Source of the DNA: Sphaerodactylus townsendi
Lineage: Eukaryota
Length of the DNA stretch: 64,000 nt
Direction of reading: 5' to 3'
NCBI RefSeq assembly: GCF_021028975.2
Contig: NC_059436.1
Location: forward strand, 34,286,001 to 34,350,000
The position numbers were made by a program, and so were the translations under genes. Numbering within the stretch: the stretch's first letter is position 1; each line of letters opens with the position of its first letter. The notes beneath the pieces are model-generated. The model ran no database searches. It worked only from the letters and a program-made list of their open reading frames with translations, and had not been told where the DNA came from. This document shows, one piece after another, positions 25,109-38,179 of this stretch.

Positions 25109-25623
25109 CTGAGATGTTTTGACTGTAATATTTGTTTGCTGCTGTTCTTTTTTTTTGATGGTAGCTATTTTGGGGTGTATATTTTAATGATGAATTCCTT
25201 TGGATACATTTAATTGGAAACTGCATATGTTCATTTAATGAATGAAAAATTGCAGGCTGCCCTGACGAGCTTTATAAGCAAAATGTTTGAGGGCTAAAAA
25301 AACCACTCCTTGCTATGAAGCCTGTCTTGTGTCAGATTGAGTTTCTCTCATCCTGGGGCAAACTGTGCTTGCTTTAACTTCTGAGTGATTAATAAAGGTA
25401 CAGGAGCCCCATCATCTTCCAAGAGGGCGGTGAAGCTCTTGCCCACTTGAGAACCAAGTTCAGACTTTAAGAGGTTTGCCCTACATGTGGAGGGAGGCTG
25501 CATGAAGGAGAAAGCACTATGAACATGCTCAGAGGTACTTGTTCCCCATAACACTCCATTTGTCATCTGCCTGGCTGAGATTATCCAACCATGAAGAGCA
25601 GTGCCCCCCCGCCCACACACACA

Positions 25624-25880
25624 CTTTTCTCCCCTGTAAGGAGACTCTATGGCTTGCAAACTCCTTTCCCTTCCTCTCCCCGCAACAGACACCTTGTGAG
25701 GCAGGTGGGACTGAGAGAGTGCAGAGAGAAATGTGACTCGCTCAAGGTCACCCAGCAGGAATGTAGGAGTAGGGAAATAAATCCGGTTCTCCAGATAAGA
25801 TTCTGCCACTCATGTGAAGGAGCAGGGAATCAAACCCAATTCTCCAAATTAGAGTCCACTTGCTCTTATTCACTATGCCA
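25624..25880 (-). mobile_element. Squam3-like SINE
   Basis: Shared SINE body and tRNA-like head. Confidence 0.7.
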
Positions 25881-26284
25881 AAATGGAAGATATATAAAGC
25901 CCAGAGGGCTCCCCAGTCCTTAAATCCTTATGGAAAGAGATGAGTTGCAGGCTAGGGGGGATAGGCTGTTCTTACATTGTAGCCCTTTTTTCCCCATTAG
26001 AGCAATATGGACAAGAATTTCGATCTTTCAAAAAGGTAAAGAAAGTGATAGGAACAATGTTGGGCCTCTGGCCCCCAAATCCCCAAGAGTTCAAAGAGAA
26101 AAGTTGTCCTAGCCCTGAAAGAATGGCATCTCCTGGGAGCTCCTTTGAAATAATAATGGGATTGAGAAAGCTCCCAAAAGTAGAAGGCAAATTGTCTCCT
26201 TGGACATGTAAATGTACACAGTGTTGCTTCTATGACATGATTGTGGGAGGGGCATGGAACATCTTTGGCTTTGTGTCTCGGCAG

Positions 26285-26431
26285 CTGCAACAAATGAAGG
26301 AGTTAGAAAAAGAGAAGGATTTTCTGCTGCAAGGGCTGGAGATGGTAGAGCAGGCCCAAGAGTGGTACCACCAGGAGATCCGCATCCTGCAAGAACGCCA
26401 GAAGCAACTGGGCAAAAGCAAAGTTCACAGT
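26285..26431 (+). CDS. SAPCD2: SAPCD2 exon 3 (coiled coil)
   Basis: cag|LQQMKELEKEKDFLLQGLEMVEQAQEWYHQEIRILQERQKQLGKSKVHS|gtgagt. Confidence 0.93.
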
Positions 26432-27174
26432 GTGAGTAAAGGAACGGCTCCCTTGGGGTGTTTCCTGCAAGCAGGAGCAGCTTGCAAGGAACCGGTTGCC
26501 CTTGGACCTCCCTCCTTATGGGAAGGAGGTCCCCGCAGCATGACTTCATCCAGTTATATAGCACGGGCAGGGTTTCAAAGTCCATTTGGGTGTGGTGTGC
26601 TGTTATGATCTGCCCATTTCTGAGAGTTAGCTGCAGAAAGGGATCGGGGTTACAGTGCTGGCTTGTTTGGTAATTTGGTGTAGCCACTGCAGATTCACAG
26701 GTGGGCTCCCAATTCAGTACTTACAAGAGGACTAATGTGGCTTCTCCCCAGTTCCCTCCTTTTGAAAAAGAAGGTGAGGAACTATAGGAGTGGGAGCAGA
26801 GCTTGGAAGTTATGCTCAGGTATAGTCAACCCTGCATATTCAGCTGCAGGATGTTGAAAGAACCCCTGAGAAGGGCCAAGGGAAGCAAGCTGGAAGGCTT
26901 GGGCAGGAATGGTGCAGGCACACGTCCACGTTCACAAGCAACCAGCAGGGCCGCATGGCTCGTACCCTGAAGCTTTTCCTGCCCTGGATTCTGTGACCCA
27001 TATACATTATGTAAATTGAGCAAATGTGCATGATTTGTATTTCATTCTTGGATCTGCTTTTGCTGGTAACGAGAAAAGGAGCAAAGAGATTTGCAACAGT
27101 CCAGTGGTGGGGGGTGTTGTTTACTCCATAAATAATATTGTTCTCCTCCCCCCCACCCATGTCTTCTCACCCAG

Positions 27175-27276
27175 GGCTTGCTTGCTGCAGGCAGTCAGAG
27201 CCAGCTGAGCCATCTCCTGCCCAAGCTGCAAGAACTCAACCGCTGTCTCTGTGAGCTGTTGTCTCTCTCAGCCAAG
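27175..27276 (+). CDS. SAPCD2: SAPCD2 exon 4
   Basis: ccag|GLLAAGSQSQLSHLLPKLQELNRCLCELLSLSAK|gtgagg. Matches human LLPKVQEVARCLGELL. Confidence 0.9.
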
Positions 27277-27399
27277 GTGAGGGCTTCAAATGCAGGGTAG
27301 AAATGGGGGGGGGGGGAGGAACTGTGGTGTTTAGACCATTCCTTCTTCCAGCGCCAGGTGTTTTCTCTCTGCTTCCTCTTTGACTTCTGTAATTTCAAT

Positions 27400-27545
27400 G
27401 GACTGAGCTAGTCACAGACCTTCGGAACTCTGTCAACCCCACCTACCTCACAAGGTGTCTGTTGTGGGGAGAGGAAGGGAAAGGAGCTTGTCAGCCACCT
27501 TGAGTCTCCTTACAGGAGAGAAAGGTGGGATATAACTCTTCTTCT
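27400..27545 (+). mobile_element. 5'-truncated Squam3-like SINE
   Basis: ccccacctacctcacaaggtgtctgttgtgggg...ctcttcttct tail. Confidence 0.7.
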
Positions 27546-27666
27546 AGAAACCAAGTTTTTCAAAAGCTGGGATTGCCAGGATGCTGTGGGAAATGCCAGT
27601 TTCTGTGAGTATCTGAAAGAAATATGACTCGCAAAGTTACCTTCCTTTCTTCCCTCCCTTTTCCAG

Positions 27667-27789
27667 CCTCTAAACTCCTGTTCTGCAGCCACAAACATCC
27701 CGGAATGCGTGGCTGTGTCTTCGCCTCCACTGGCTGGGCCCCAGCAGACTATCAATATGTTGAAAGAACAGAACCGGCTTCTTACCAAG
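27667..27789 (+). CDS. SAPCD2: SAPCD2 exon 5
   Basis: ttccag|PLNSCSAA...PQQTINMLKEQNRLLTK|gtgagt. Confidence 0.9.
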
Positions 27790-27932
27790 GTGAGTGAGCA
27801 GCAAAGACCGGTTCATGCCAGTTTCCTTGTGCTCTTTGCTCTCCAGCAAGCCCAGCTTCTTCCAAGGACAGCTCCTCTCTGCCATCCTGGACCAGCTGCA
27901 TGTCAGTAACAGGTCCCCTGTTTGCTCCGCAG

Positions 27933-28061
27933 GAGGTGACGGATAAGAGTAAGCGGATCACCCAGCTGGAGCAGGAGAAGTCGGCCCTCATCAAGCAGCT
28001 GTTTGAAGCTCGGGCCCAGAACAACCATGAGACCAACCAGTTGGATTCCACCTTCATCTAG
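27933..28061 (+). CDS. SAPCD2: SAPCD2 exon 6 (terminal), ends in the PDZ-ligand-like DSTFI*
   Basis: gcag|EVTDKSKRITQLEQEKSALIKQLFEARAQNNHETNQLDSTFI TAG. Confidence 0.94.
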   Translation, partial: EVTDKSKRITQLEQEKSALIKQLFEARAQNNHETNQLDSTFI

Positions 28062-28683
28062 TCTGGGCCTTTGGCTCTTCTCTTGTGGGAGGGGAGGCTT
28101 TCCAGTGGCTGACCTCAGTCATGGTCATAAGCTGCTCACAAGGTCTGAGGTTGTATTACGTTAGTTCTGTTTGGTTGACACAGCTGGACCTCTTAACCAG
28201 GCCTGCCGACTGCTTCTCTGGTCCTTCAGACAGGAGTGTGGGGTGGCATTTCTCCATACAGCTGAGCCCCTGGAACCACATTTTGTTTACTTCTCAAGAA
28301 AACATGGGGTTCACTTTTGTTCGTTCTTTGACATTGTTCCACTGTGTGTGTTCACACAGCAGATCCTTTGCCCCAGTTCTGACACTCTGATTTCATTTCT
28401 CAGTGCTGAAGTCCTCTCCTTCACCCTTCCAGCAGCATAGCCTCTTATTTGAGGTGAGAAAAGAGCTTGTAAGATTTCAAGACCGTCACTCAAAAGCTCC
28501 TAATCCGATTGCAAGAACCACACTCCAAATGGAACTCCAGAATGTATTTCAGAAGCGATCACCGATCCCAGAAATGGTCTCTTTTGCTAACATGTTGGGA
28601 TAGGCCTTTTCTCTGTTCAAGACAAGAACGCTCCTGAGTCTATGCATTTTTAGACAGACATGATTGTTTGGAAGGAGGTTTCA

Positions 28684-28689
28684 AATAAA
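28684..28689 (+). terminator. Candidate proximal poly(A) signal of SAPCD2 (a distal AATAAA lies at 31943)
   Basis: AATAAA about 620 nt after the stop codon. Usage is not demonstrable from sequence. Confidence 0.35.
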
Positions 28690-30922
28690 CAGTTGCGTTT
28701 CAGATTGTTCCTCCAAATCTTCAGCATCTAAGTGCAATCCCCATCCCCTGAGAGCATCACCCTACAACTTGACTGGATCTACCTGTAGCCTGGTGCCTTG
28801 ACAGACATGGAATGCAGAGAAGGGTGAGGTGAGGCCAGAAGTAACTCATTGTTTACCTCTGAACTCTACAGCCAGGGACAAGAGTCTCAGATCTGGGGGG
28901 GACGCTGAACAGAGAAGTGCTTCCACCCTTATTACTGAAGCAGGGCAGAAGAAGGCACCGAGCACCATCATCTGGATCTCTTGCTCCTCACACTCCAAGC
29001 TTGGCAATGCTGTCTTGGCCCAGGATCATCAGCTTGGTTGGGGACACTCTGTCACCTTACACTCCCCCAGCTGAAAATGCTGGCTCTTGATAGCCTAAAT
29101 CTTTTGCGTAGCTGAAAAACAACTCCATAGTTAATCCCCCCCCCTAATTCTTTCAATTAAATAAGTCTTGCAAACTCCATAGTGGGAAAGGTGGGGTTCA
29201 AAGGACCACCCTGAGAAGGGGGTGGGAGTGATGGGTTAAGACATAACCCAGCCCCTTCCCCAGCTCTGGCAATTCCTGGCATCGCAGCTGTAGTTTCCTT
29301 TCTTTCCTTCTCTTTTCTGCTTCTGAGTCTGGGAAAAGGGAGGCCAGAACTGGCCAGGAAGGCCGTGTGGTTGGCTCCCTCGACTAGTTCCCATGGGGAG
29401 GGTTTGGGTATACTTAAGATGTCTAAATGTGAACAGCTGAGAATGAAGGATGAGTCGGTCTGTTTACTCCCTTCCCTCATCTGTTATCCAAAGAAGCTGT
29501 GACTTCTCACAGTTGGAAGACAGGATACTGGGTATGACCTATTTTTCTGAGTCAGGCTGATGGTACTTAAGGTCAGGTGTACTGGTACTGTGCTTTTTGC
29601 ATCAACATTGTAGGTCTAAACAGGCCCAAGAAAAGCCCGGTACAGAATGGCCCAAGAGTGTCCTTTTGTTAAAATGGCACATTGGCTCAGGTAACTGTTC
29701 TCTCTTTGTGTGTATGGTAGCATATCTTTGCTGCAAATGAACTAACTGCTCATTGGACACGACAGATAACCCAAGCTGCATCTTCCTCTTGGTTCCTGGT
29801 ACCAGCAGGGGGTGTCGTGAAACCATATTAAAATTCAAAGTTGTGTTCTAAATTATAGAGTGGTTTTTAAGGTACAGATAGAGAAAGGTTCTTTTGTTCG
29901 GGGAGGCGAAGAGAACATCTGCTTCCCCACTTCAACCTTGGATTCAGTGACGGCTACTTCTGTCCTGATGACCATATGGTTTTAGAAATTTAGGCACAGT
30001 TGAAACAGCAGAAGTTGCTTGGAAGTATGAGACATGAGGGCAGGCACAGGGAGTCAGTAGTTTCTGGGGCTGGAAGATTTTACAGATCTTGCTCGTGCCT
30101 AGCAGGCAGAACTCTCACTGCTCAGTATGCAAACATCAGAGCTTCTTCTGCCTCCCCTTTGCATACAAAAATGTTGCTCTCTTCTTGACCCCTTAGCCCC
30201 CAATTGTACAGCTTCCAAATGCCCAAGGGCCCTTTTTAAGCAATTTTCTCACAAAGACAAGTATGTTTGTTTGTTTAAATTTCCAAATGTTTCTCCTTAA
30301 CTTGAAGCTTCAGGAAGCTTCGCTGAGGAATGTTTTGTCTGCTTTCCAGCTGTGACGTTGTACATTTTGTAGTATCTTCTGGAGCAATCACAAATCTTTC
30401 CTTTACCAGTAACCATCTCCCCCCTCCCCCCGCCTACCTGCTTTTCCTCCCACGCATCCTCCTATGGATGATTCATGTCTCCAGGATAACTCGGTGGACT
30501 CCATTTCATTATGCTTACAAATAGTGTTTACCTGATGTTGTTATTGTCCACATTGCTTGAATCATCCCTGTGATCTTGTCTTGTTCTACCTCGCCTAAAC
30601 CTAAATTCACTCCTGAGGCCAGTGGTGCTTCCATCCTTTTCAGCATTTAAGAAACCCAACTGATCAGTAGTACCAAAATTGTTGCTGTAATTACCTTAAT
30701 GAATGCCAGCAGTTCAAGCTCATTTGTGTACATTCTGATGCAGGAAGGTGATTTTACACCTTCCCGGGTTATGATGTCATCCTTTATCCTAAATAGCCAA
30801 ACCCTCTAGTCATCATGCAATAGATAGTTTGGTCTGAGCTCTAACTATTATCTGTTCCTTCCCATCACTGGTACAATCTTGCCTCCTGGCTCTTGCACAT
30901 AGTTGCTCCTATTCCTCAACTT

Positions 30923-31246
30923 AAGAAGAAGAAGAAGAAGAAGAGTTTGGATTTATATCCCCCCTTTCTCTCCTGTAGGAGACTCAAAGGGGCTTACAAT
31001 CTCCTTGCCCTTCCCCCCTCACAACAAACACCCTATGAGGTGGGTGGGGCTGAGAGAGCTCTGAAAAGCTGTGACTAGCCCAAGGTCACCCAGCTGGCGT
31101 GTGTGGAAGTGTACAGGCTAATCTGAATTCCCCAGATAAGCCTCCACAACTCAAGTGGCAGAGCTGGGAATCAAACCCAGTTCCTCCAGATCAGAGTGCA
31201 CCTGCTCTTAGCCACTGTTCTTAGCCACTACGCCACTGCTGCTCCC
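30923..31246 (-). mobile_element. Squam3-like SINE, full length, with (CTT)n tail
   Basis: Near-identical to the 46971-47344 copy. Confidence 0.8.
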
Positions 31247-34200
31247 AATTTCTTGCTTTTACTGTCCCTCTTCTGCAACATCCTGTCTTTTCTATTCTCA
31301 TCCTCTTTAGTTGTTGTTCTTTCAGTCTCCTTGTGTGTCTCCTGTTGATCTTTTGCCCATGCCAAACTGACCTCTATCACCTACTCTTCATCACTGACAC
31401 TTTAACTCTGAACAGCTTGAATGTTTATGAACATTCTGTGGCACCTCCATGATGCACTAAGGTCAGGAATGAGAGAACTGAGAACCGCTGCCAGTTTGTA
31501 GTTGTAATTGTACAGGTATGTATGTGTACATATGTGTGTATGTAACATTTTAACCTGGTTGTATTTTATATACTTTTGTTTGTTTTTACAGTTTTCAGAC
31601 ATAGGACTGAGAATTTTTTCCGAAGGAAGGGCATCTGCTGCCTTTATATGTTTGGTTCTGGTGCTCTCCTTGTTGTGTAAAGAATACCTTGAATTGCTTC
31701 ACTGCAGGATTCCTCTGCACACACCTATTTTGTACCCTAGCACTGTGCTGTACACATATTTTCCCTTCTTCCAGGAGCTGTGATCCTTGGTACACCCTGT
31801 CTAATATGTTTACAATCTGAACTCCTGTATGTAGCTGTGATCTTATATGTAGTGTTTGTAATTGTTGTCTTCGGGTTTTTTTAAAAAAATATTTTTGCAT
31901 AAATGTGATGGGGGGGGGGGTTATAAGTCCCTACCTCACTTCAATAAAAGCAGAAGATAATCCCTATATATTTTTCTGGGTAAGTAGAGACTGAGGCTGA
32001 ATTTGAGCACCCTGGGAGATAGCCAGAGCCAAACGGGTTGATTCTGGACAAACCTGATCCCCAGGACACAGTTTGTTCTTGTAGTCTTTTTGTGTATGTA
32101 ATTTGTGTTTTTGTTGTATTTTTACATGTTACAAATCACTTGGGGGGGGTGGTGGTGGCCAATAAATATACAAGTGAAGTAAATATACTATCAATCGTAG
32201 CGTTTTGTCCTTACAGTAAGGCATTTGAGGTTGCCAAAAAAAATCTTGTTTCTGGACAGCAGAAGGAGCTGTTGTTACGATGAGAAGAAATGGCAGTTTG
32301 AGGAAGAAATTGTGTGAAGGTGACTGGCACAAGTCTCTAGCCACGTCCACTTACAGTTTTAAAGAGGACTTGTATCAAATTTTGCAAACTTGTTTGTTCA
32401 GTTCACAGATCCCTGTATTAATCTGTCTTCTTTGTGTGAATCAAACCCAGGAGGTTTTATTTTCACTGTTTTTTCTTCACCCTGAATCTATTGAGCAAGA
32501 TGTATGCCTTTCCCAGTGTTATTTGTGTGTTAGTAAATGAGCACTGGAAATATATGATGCATATAAATGGTATAAATTATGATACACACACTTGTTCAAA
32601 AACACCACTATGAAAACGGGTGGATTGAAACCTTTCAAAATAACATCTGAAAGATGTTTATTCCTTCTCGATTTACAAAAAGAAATCCCAGGTGATTATT
32701 ACAGGCCAGGGAGTTTTACAGACTTAGGGTGAAAACCAAAAAGGCCTGTCCCATGAATTTACTCACAAACTTTTCCAGGTAGGGGAATGTGAACCAGAGC
32801 CTCTCTAGTAATTGGGCATACTTTTTGTTAAAAAGACACTGTTAGCATCTACCCTTCTGAATCAGAGTAGATTGGCTTCACTTCCATTTCCCTGCAACTT
32901 CCTGACTTGATAGTAAACATAACCCAATGTGTTTTCATAGCCTAATTCATGAATGATCTTTTCTCTTTTCTACAAAGGGAAATGATTATATACAGGTTGC
33001 AACCATACCTGTTTCAGAAACCATTGCAAACCAGGTTTTTGCAAAGGAAATAAGACCTTTTTAAGTAGAATTGATTAAACTTTCTGTCCATTTGTGTCTT
33101 CCCGTTTCCTGTGTTTGGCTCCTGGCTTTGTCAGGAGAAAGGCAGGTTTGTAAATATTTTAAAGTACCAAGGATGACTGAATATTCTTAGCATCTCTCTG
33201 TTGAACTCAGGATGGTAGTGATCCACCCATTCTTTCCAAGAATGCTCTTGCTATTCTTTCTATAAATGCACTTGTGCGAATACTCGCATATATTTCCACA
33301 GTCTCAAGTAAATCTTTTCCACATTACTTATATGATTCTTTTAGGTGAAGATGTTGGAATTGAACCTGGGATCATCTGCCCCTGAGCCACAACCTCGTCC
33401 AATTACCTTACTTACCTGAGCACCTTTGTCTGGTCTGTCTTCCTCCTGAATTTATTTTTTTTAAAAGCAAGTTCATAAATCACTTGTGCTGTAAGGTTTG
33501 AATATGGAATTCTTCAGATTGCTGGCTCACCTTCCTCAAAATGTTATTGAGAGGTGGAAATTGCAGCTGTATCAAGTGGAGACTAGTACAGCAGACCCGA
33601 ATGCTCCTGGCCCAGGATATCGGGTAACAGCAGATGGCTGATCCCTTGGCCCTGCTAGATTTAAATCTTGTGGACCCAAATACTTTTTGCAGTGCTACTG
33701 AGGGAGGCTACTGGGTCTTTGCTATGATAGGTTACTGTCAGCTCACCACTTGGATGTCTATTTGCTTGTCTGTCTACCCTTTCCCCTTGAGACTAAACTC
33801 CTGGTCTCTTAGGCTACCTTGCGAGTGGGGGTGTCCAGTTTTCTATCTGCTGTGGAAGCATTTGGTAATTATTTTGATGGAGAAGGAGCTGTGTTCAAAC
33901 AAACATGAAGATGGAGAACGTCCAAGTCCCAATTTAACTGTAGCAGAAGCATTCATGGACGATAGTCCACTTTAGCATATGTGAGATTAATATTTTGGGT
34001 GTCTCTGTGAATGAGACTCCAGAATCACCATATACACATGAAGCCCTGCTCTGGGTTCCCCTGTCTTTTGAAGCAAGGTGAATATCCACAAGACAATGGG
34101 GGCTTCTGTGCTGTAGCACCACGGTTCTGGAACTCTCCACAACCACCCCGCACAAGATGAAGACCTTTAACTCCCACCTTTTGTTGTTGATTTGTGTACT

Positions 34201-34448
34201 TTGTTTTGTCATTCATAATTTAAGCATATTTTCTCACCACTGTGACTTGTTCAAACAATCTTATTTATACAGAACTGGGCAGAAAATGATTTTCATTAAT
34301 GGGGCTTTGTAAATGGCCACCTATTGGTTTAAAGGTTGGACTATAAGTGTTTGCAACAGATAGATAACTGAAATGAACTGAATGTCTGCTTCTACACTGC
34401 TCCCTGTAAGGACTGGAGCTAAAGTGGTATAAAAACCTGTTTGCCACT

Positions 34449-34545
34449 TAAGAACATAAGAAAGAGCCTGCTGGATCAGACCAGAGTCCATCTAGTCCAG
34501 CACTCCGCTACTTGCAGTGGCCCACCAGATGCCTTTGGGAGCTCA
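34449..34545 (-). mobile_element. CR1 LINE 3' terminal fragment
   Basis: Reverse complement of the CR1 3' UTR/(TTCTTATG) tail seen at 36900-36986. Confidence 0.75.
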
Positions 34546-35741
34546 CTTTCTTTCCAAAGTCCTCTGAACTTTTGATCTATTTGCAGAGTTGGGAAATCTT
34601 GTTACCAAACTTTCATTCCCTTTGTGAAACCACTTTCTTCGAAAACAATTGAGGAACTTCCAACAGATGCAAGAATGCACATCCTCCCCGCCCATTCAAA
34701 TCCTCTCCTTTAGGGTGAACTTGGAGACCTCAGTGGATTCATTTTATTTGTCTCGCTCCTTCTCGAGCCACTTGAGGAAAGGGGTGGTTCTCCTATTTAA
34801 CTAACAAGCCTGAGCTCTCCAAGCCTTGTCTGTGGGTGACCCTACTTGCCCTACTGATAGATATTGGATCACCAAGCTTGCTGTTTGTGGGAGCAATAGG
34901 AGCATTGTGGGGAAAGGGGGGGGGCATAAGGAACACTCATGTGACTTCAGTGGACTCTGCTTAGGAGTCCATGGTCAGTGAGCTCACAGCAAAGGCAAGA
35001 TCCGAACCCAGCCCTTCCTGGTTTGCAGCTGCCCTGAGGGTAATCCCGAGGAGCAGTAGTTTGCAAGGTCAGAGTCCTGACTCTTTTTTTCTAAATGCCT
35101 TTATCTCCTGAGGCGAATTCAATGCCATTCTACAAAAGATATGAAGATGCCCAGGTGATCCAGCTGATAGGGAACATCATCCGGGTGGGCTGTTTCCAAA
35201 GCATTCTGCATGAATTTCAGTCCAATCCCTTTCCCTCCCACACCCTCTTGAGATCCATATCAGGACCAATGGTGTTTCATTTGAATTTGTTCTGAAATTA
35301 TCTTGAACTGGGGGTGAGCGGTGCAAAGGCCAAGTTGGTGCCTGGCCCCCCCTTGCTCTGGATCGTGCAAACCAAAGCTAATTGTGGAAAGCCGGGTGAG
35401 TGGGCAGCAACACAGCAAACGAGGTTTAGGTGCAGTCAGTGTAACATGTTGCACATTGAGGCAAAGAAATCCAAACGGCTCTATAGTGGAGGCAGCTATT
35501 CAAGGAAAATGATCTTGGCCTTGGTTAAAACCTCAGCTCATTGGACAACATTGGTGAAAAAGGATGCTCAAGGAAAAAGCACGGGGAACGACACTCATCC
35601 CTGATTTTGCCAGTTCAGAAGGGGGGGGGGGCGCATCTGAGAAGTATGTGGCTGGTCAACACTGCTAAAAAAGAATGCTGGACTAGATGATTCTTACCCA
35701 GCAGGCTTCTTACAGTTGTAATCCATATTCTCTGCCTTGCC

Positions 35742-36986
35742 GTTGAGAAAACTCAGCAATGAAGGAATAAGAGGGGAAGTCCTCCTATGGATTCAAAACT
35801 GGTTGAGAAACAGGAAGCAAAGAGTGGGTGTAAATGGGAAGTTCTCACAATGGAGAGATGTCGGGAGTGGTGTCCCCCAAGGATCCGTTTTGGGACCAGT
35901 GCTCTTTAACCTATTCATAAATGACCTGGAAGTAGGGGTGGGTAGCGTGGTGGCCAAGTTTGCAGATGATACCAAATTATGTAGGGTGGTGAGAACCACA
36001 AAGAGTTGTGAAGAATCCATGGACCTTGATAAATTAGGTAGGTGGGCTCCAGAAATGGCAAATGCAGTTCAATGTAGCAAAATGTAAAGTGATGCACATA
36101 GGGCAGAATCCAAAACTTCACACATACAGCTGCAGGGATCAGTGCTTCGAGTCACAAACCAGGAAAGGGATTTAGGTGTCTTGGTTGCTAGTTCCATGGG
36201 AATGTCAACTCAATGCATACAGCAGCTGTAAAAAAAGGCAAACTCTATGCTGAATAGTGGAAAGGAGTTGATAATAAAACTGCAAGGATTGTCATGCCCT
36301 CTATATAAAGCAGTGGTCGCGATTCGCTACTTGGAGTACTGTGTCCAGTTCTGGTCGCATCTCAAAAGGATAAGCATGAGGAGATAGAAAAAAGTGCAGA
36401 GAAAGGAGGCAACAAAAAAGGATGATTGTGAGGACTGGAGCACCTTCCTATGAGGAGAGGCTGCAGCGTTTGGAACTCTTTTAGTTTGGAGAGGAGGTAT
36501 TGAGGGGGATATGGATTGAAGTCTACAAAATTATGCATGGGGTAGAAAATGTTGACAGAAAGTACCTCTCTTTCTCCTGTCACAATAATAGAACCAGGGG
36601 CATACATTGAAAATGCTGGGGGGAAGAATTAGAACTAATGAAAGCGAAACACTTCTTCCTTAGCGTGTGATTGAGGGTGTTTGGAATATGCTGCCACAGG
36701 AGGTGGTGATGGCCACTAACCTGGATAGCTTTAAAAGGGGCTTGGACAGATTTATGGAGGAGAAGTGCGGTTTATGGCTACCAGTCTTGGATCCTCATTG
36801 ATCTACCAAGGGTGCAAAGCGCCTTAACAGACCAGGTGATCGGGAGCAACACCGCATGAAGCTGCCATTGCGTTCACATCCCACCATGGCAGGCTCCCCA
36901 AGGCACCTGGTGGGCCACTGCGAGTAGCAGAGAGCTGGACTAGATGGACTCTGGTCTGATCCAGCTGGCTTGTTCTTATGTTCTTA
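35742..36986 (+). mobile_element. 5'-truncated CR1 LINE (RT C-terminal part and 3' UTR)
   Basis: WIQNWLRNRKQRVGVNG..SGVPQGSVLGPVLFNLFINDL..KFADDTKL. Frameshifted downstream. Tail GTTCTTATGTTCTTA. Confidence 0.9.
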
Positions 36987-38179
36987 AAGTCCAGAACTCT
37001 GCTGGCATCTGTCCACATCTCCCTCTGGGGATTTTTATGCCGCATTGAAAAGGCAGCTTGCTGGAATTGAAAAAGAACAGAGACACTCTCAGCTTTAGCT
37101 CAGGACCTGGAACAAGAACTCCACAATTGTTCTTCCCGATGCTTGTCCAATCTTCTTAGTTACAAAGTTCCTCAGGGAAGATTTCATAACCTTCCCTTGG
37201 CTGAGAGGCAGTTGGTGTTTGGAAACAGAGACACTGACACCAACTTACTCCTGGCACTTTGAAAACCACAGCTTTCCTCGACGGAGTGGTGGAGCAATTG
37301 TAACCCTCCCTTCTTCTGACAGCCTTACCACTGGAAGCTTGTCTACCGACCCCTCAATTTCCCCCCCCCTGAACTGAATGTACCTGGCCTCTGCAGCTTG
37401 TCATCATAGGATGAAGGTCCCATGAATGTGGGAATGGGCTGTGCTGTGGCCTGGTGGAGAAGCACCTGCATTTTGCAGTCCCTGGCAACTCTGCTTAGAT
37501 GGTTTCAGCCAACAGCTGCTGCTGCAGAAGGACTTTGCAGTTGTGATAAACGAGAAATGTGTTTTCTACTAGAAATGAGGAGATGAGTCAGATTTGTGGC
37601 AGGACAAGATAAGACCGCTAGATGACTAGGCTGAAGAGCAAGGCTTGTGTCAGATTGTACGTATTGAGCATGCTTAAAAGGCTAATGCATATTAACTTCT
37701 CCTCTTGCTCTGATGACCAACTGTATTATAATGAACATACAGGAAGAATATGGGAGGGGCCACATATCAAAGAGGAGCATGTAATAGGCGGACCAGAAAG
37801 CTGTGACTCTTAAGTACCCTTACTCAATGGGGGAACAGAGGGTATGGCAAATTCAGGAGAAGGGGATAAATGTGCTAAAGATACACTGTTTTGGCAGAGT
37901 CTGCCCATGTAGAGACGGCTCCCCTTTCTTTGCAAATAAAGCTACTTAAAACTCTCTTCTGTTGGCTTGATATTTGGTAAAGAAATATTGGGCACCACAC
38001 GGTGAGGGAAGACAATTTAGATCTTTGATATGGCATCATGGTTAGAATATCAGAGAAGGGCCTCTTCTGCACATGCAGAATAATGCACTTTCAATCCGCT
38101 TTCACAATTGTTTGCAAGTGGATTTTGCTATTCCACACAGTAAAATCCAGCTGCAAAGTGCATTGAAAGTAGAACCATT

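Noticed and set aside
25940-26608. 222-aa ORF
   Set aside because: Only 26285-26431 is a SAPCD2 exon; the flanks are intronic read-through.
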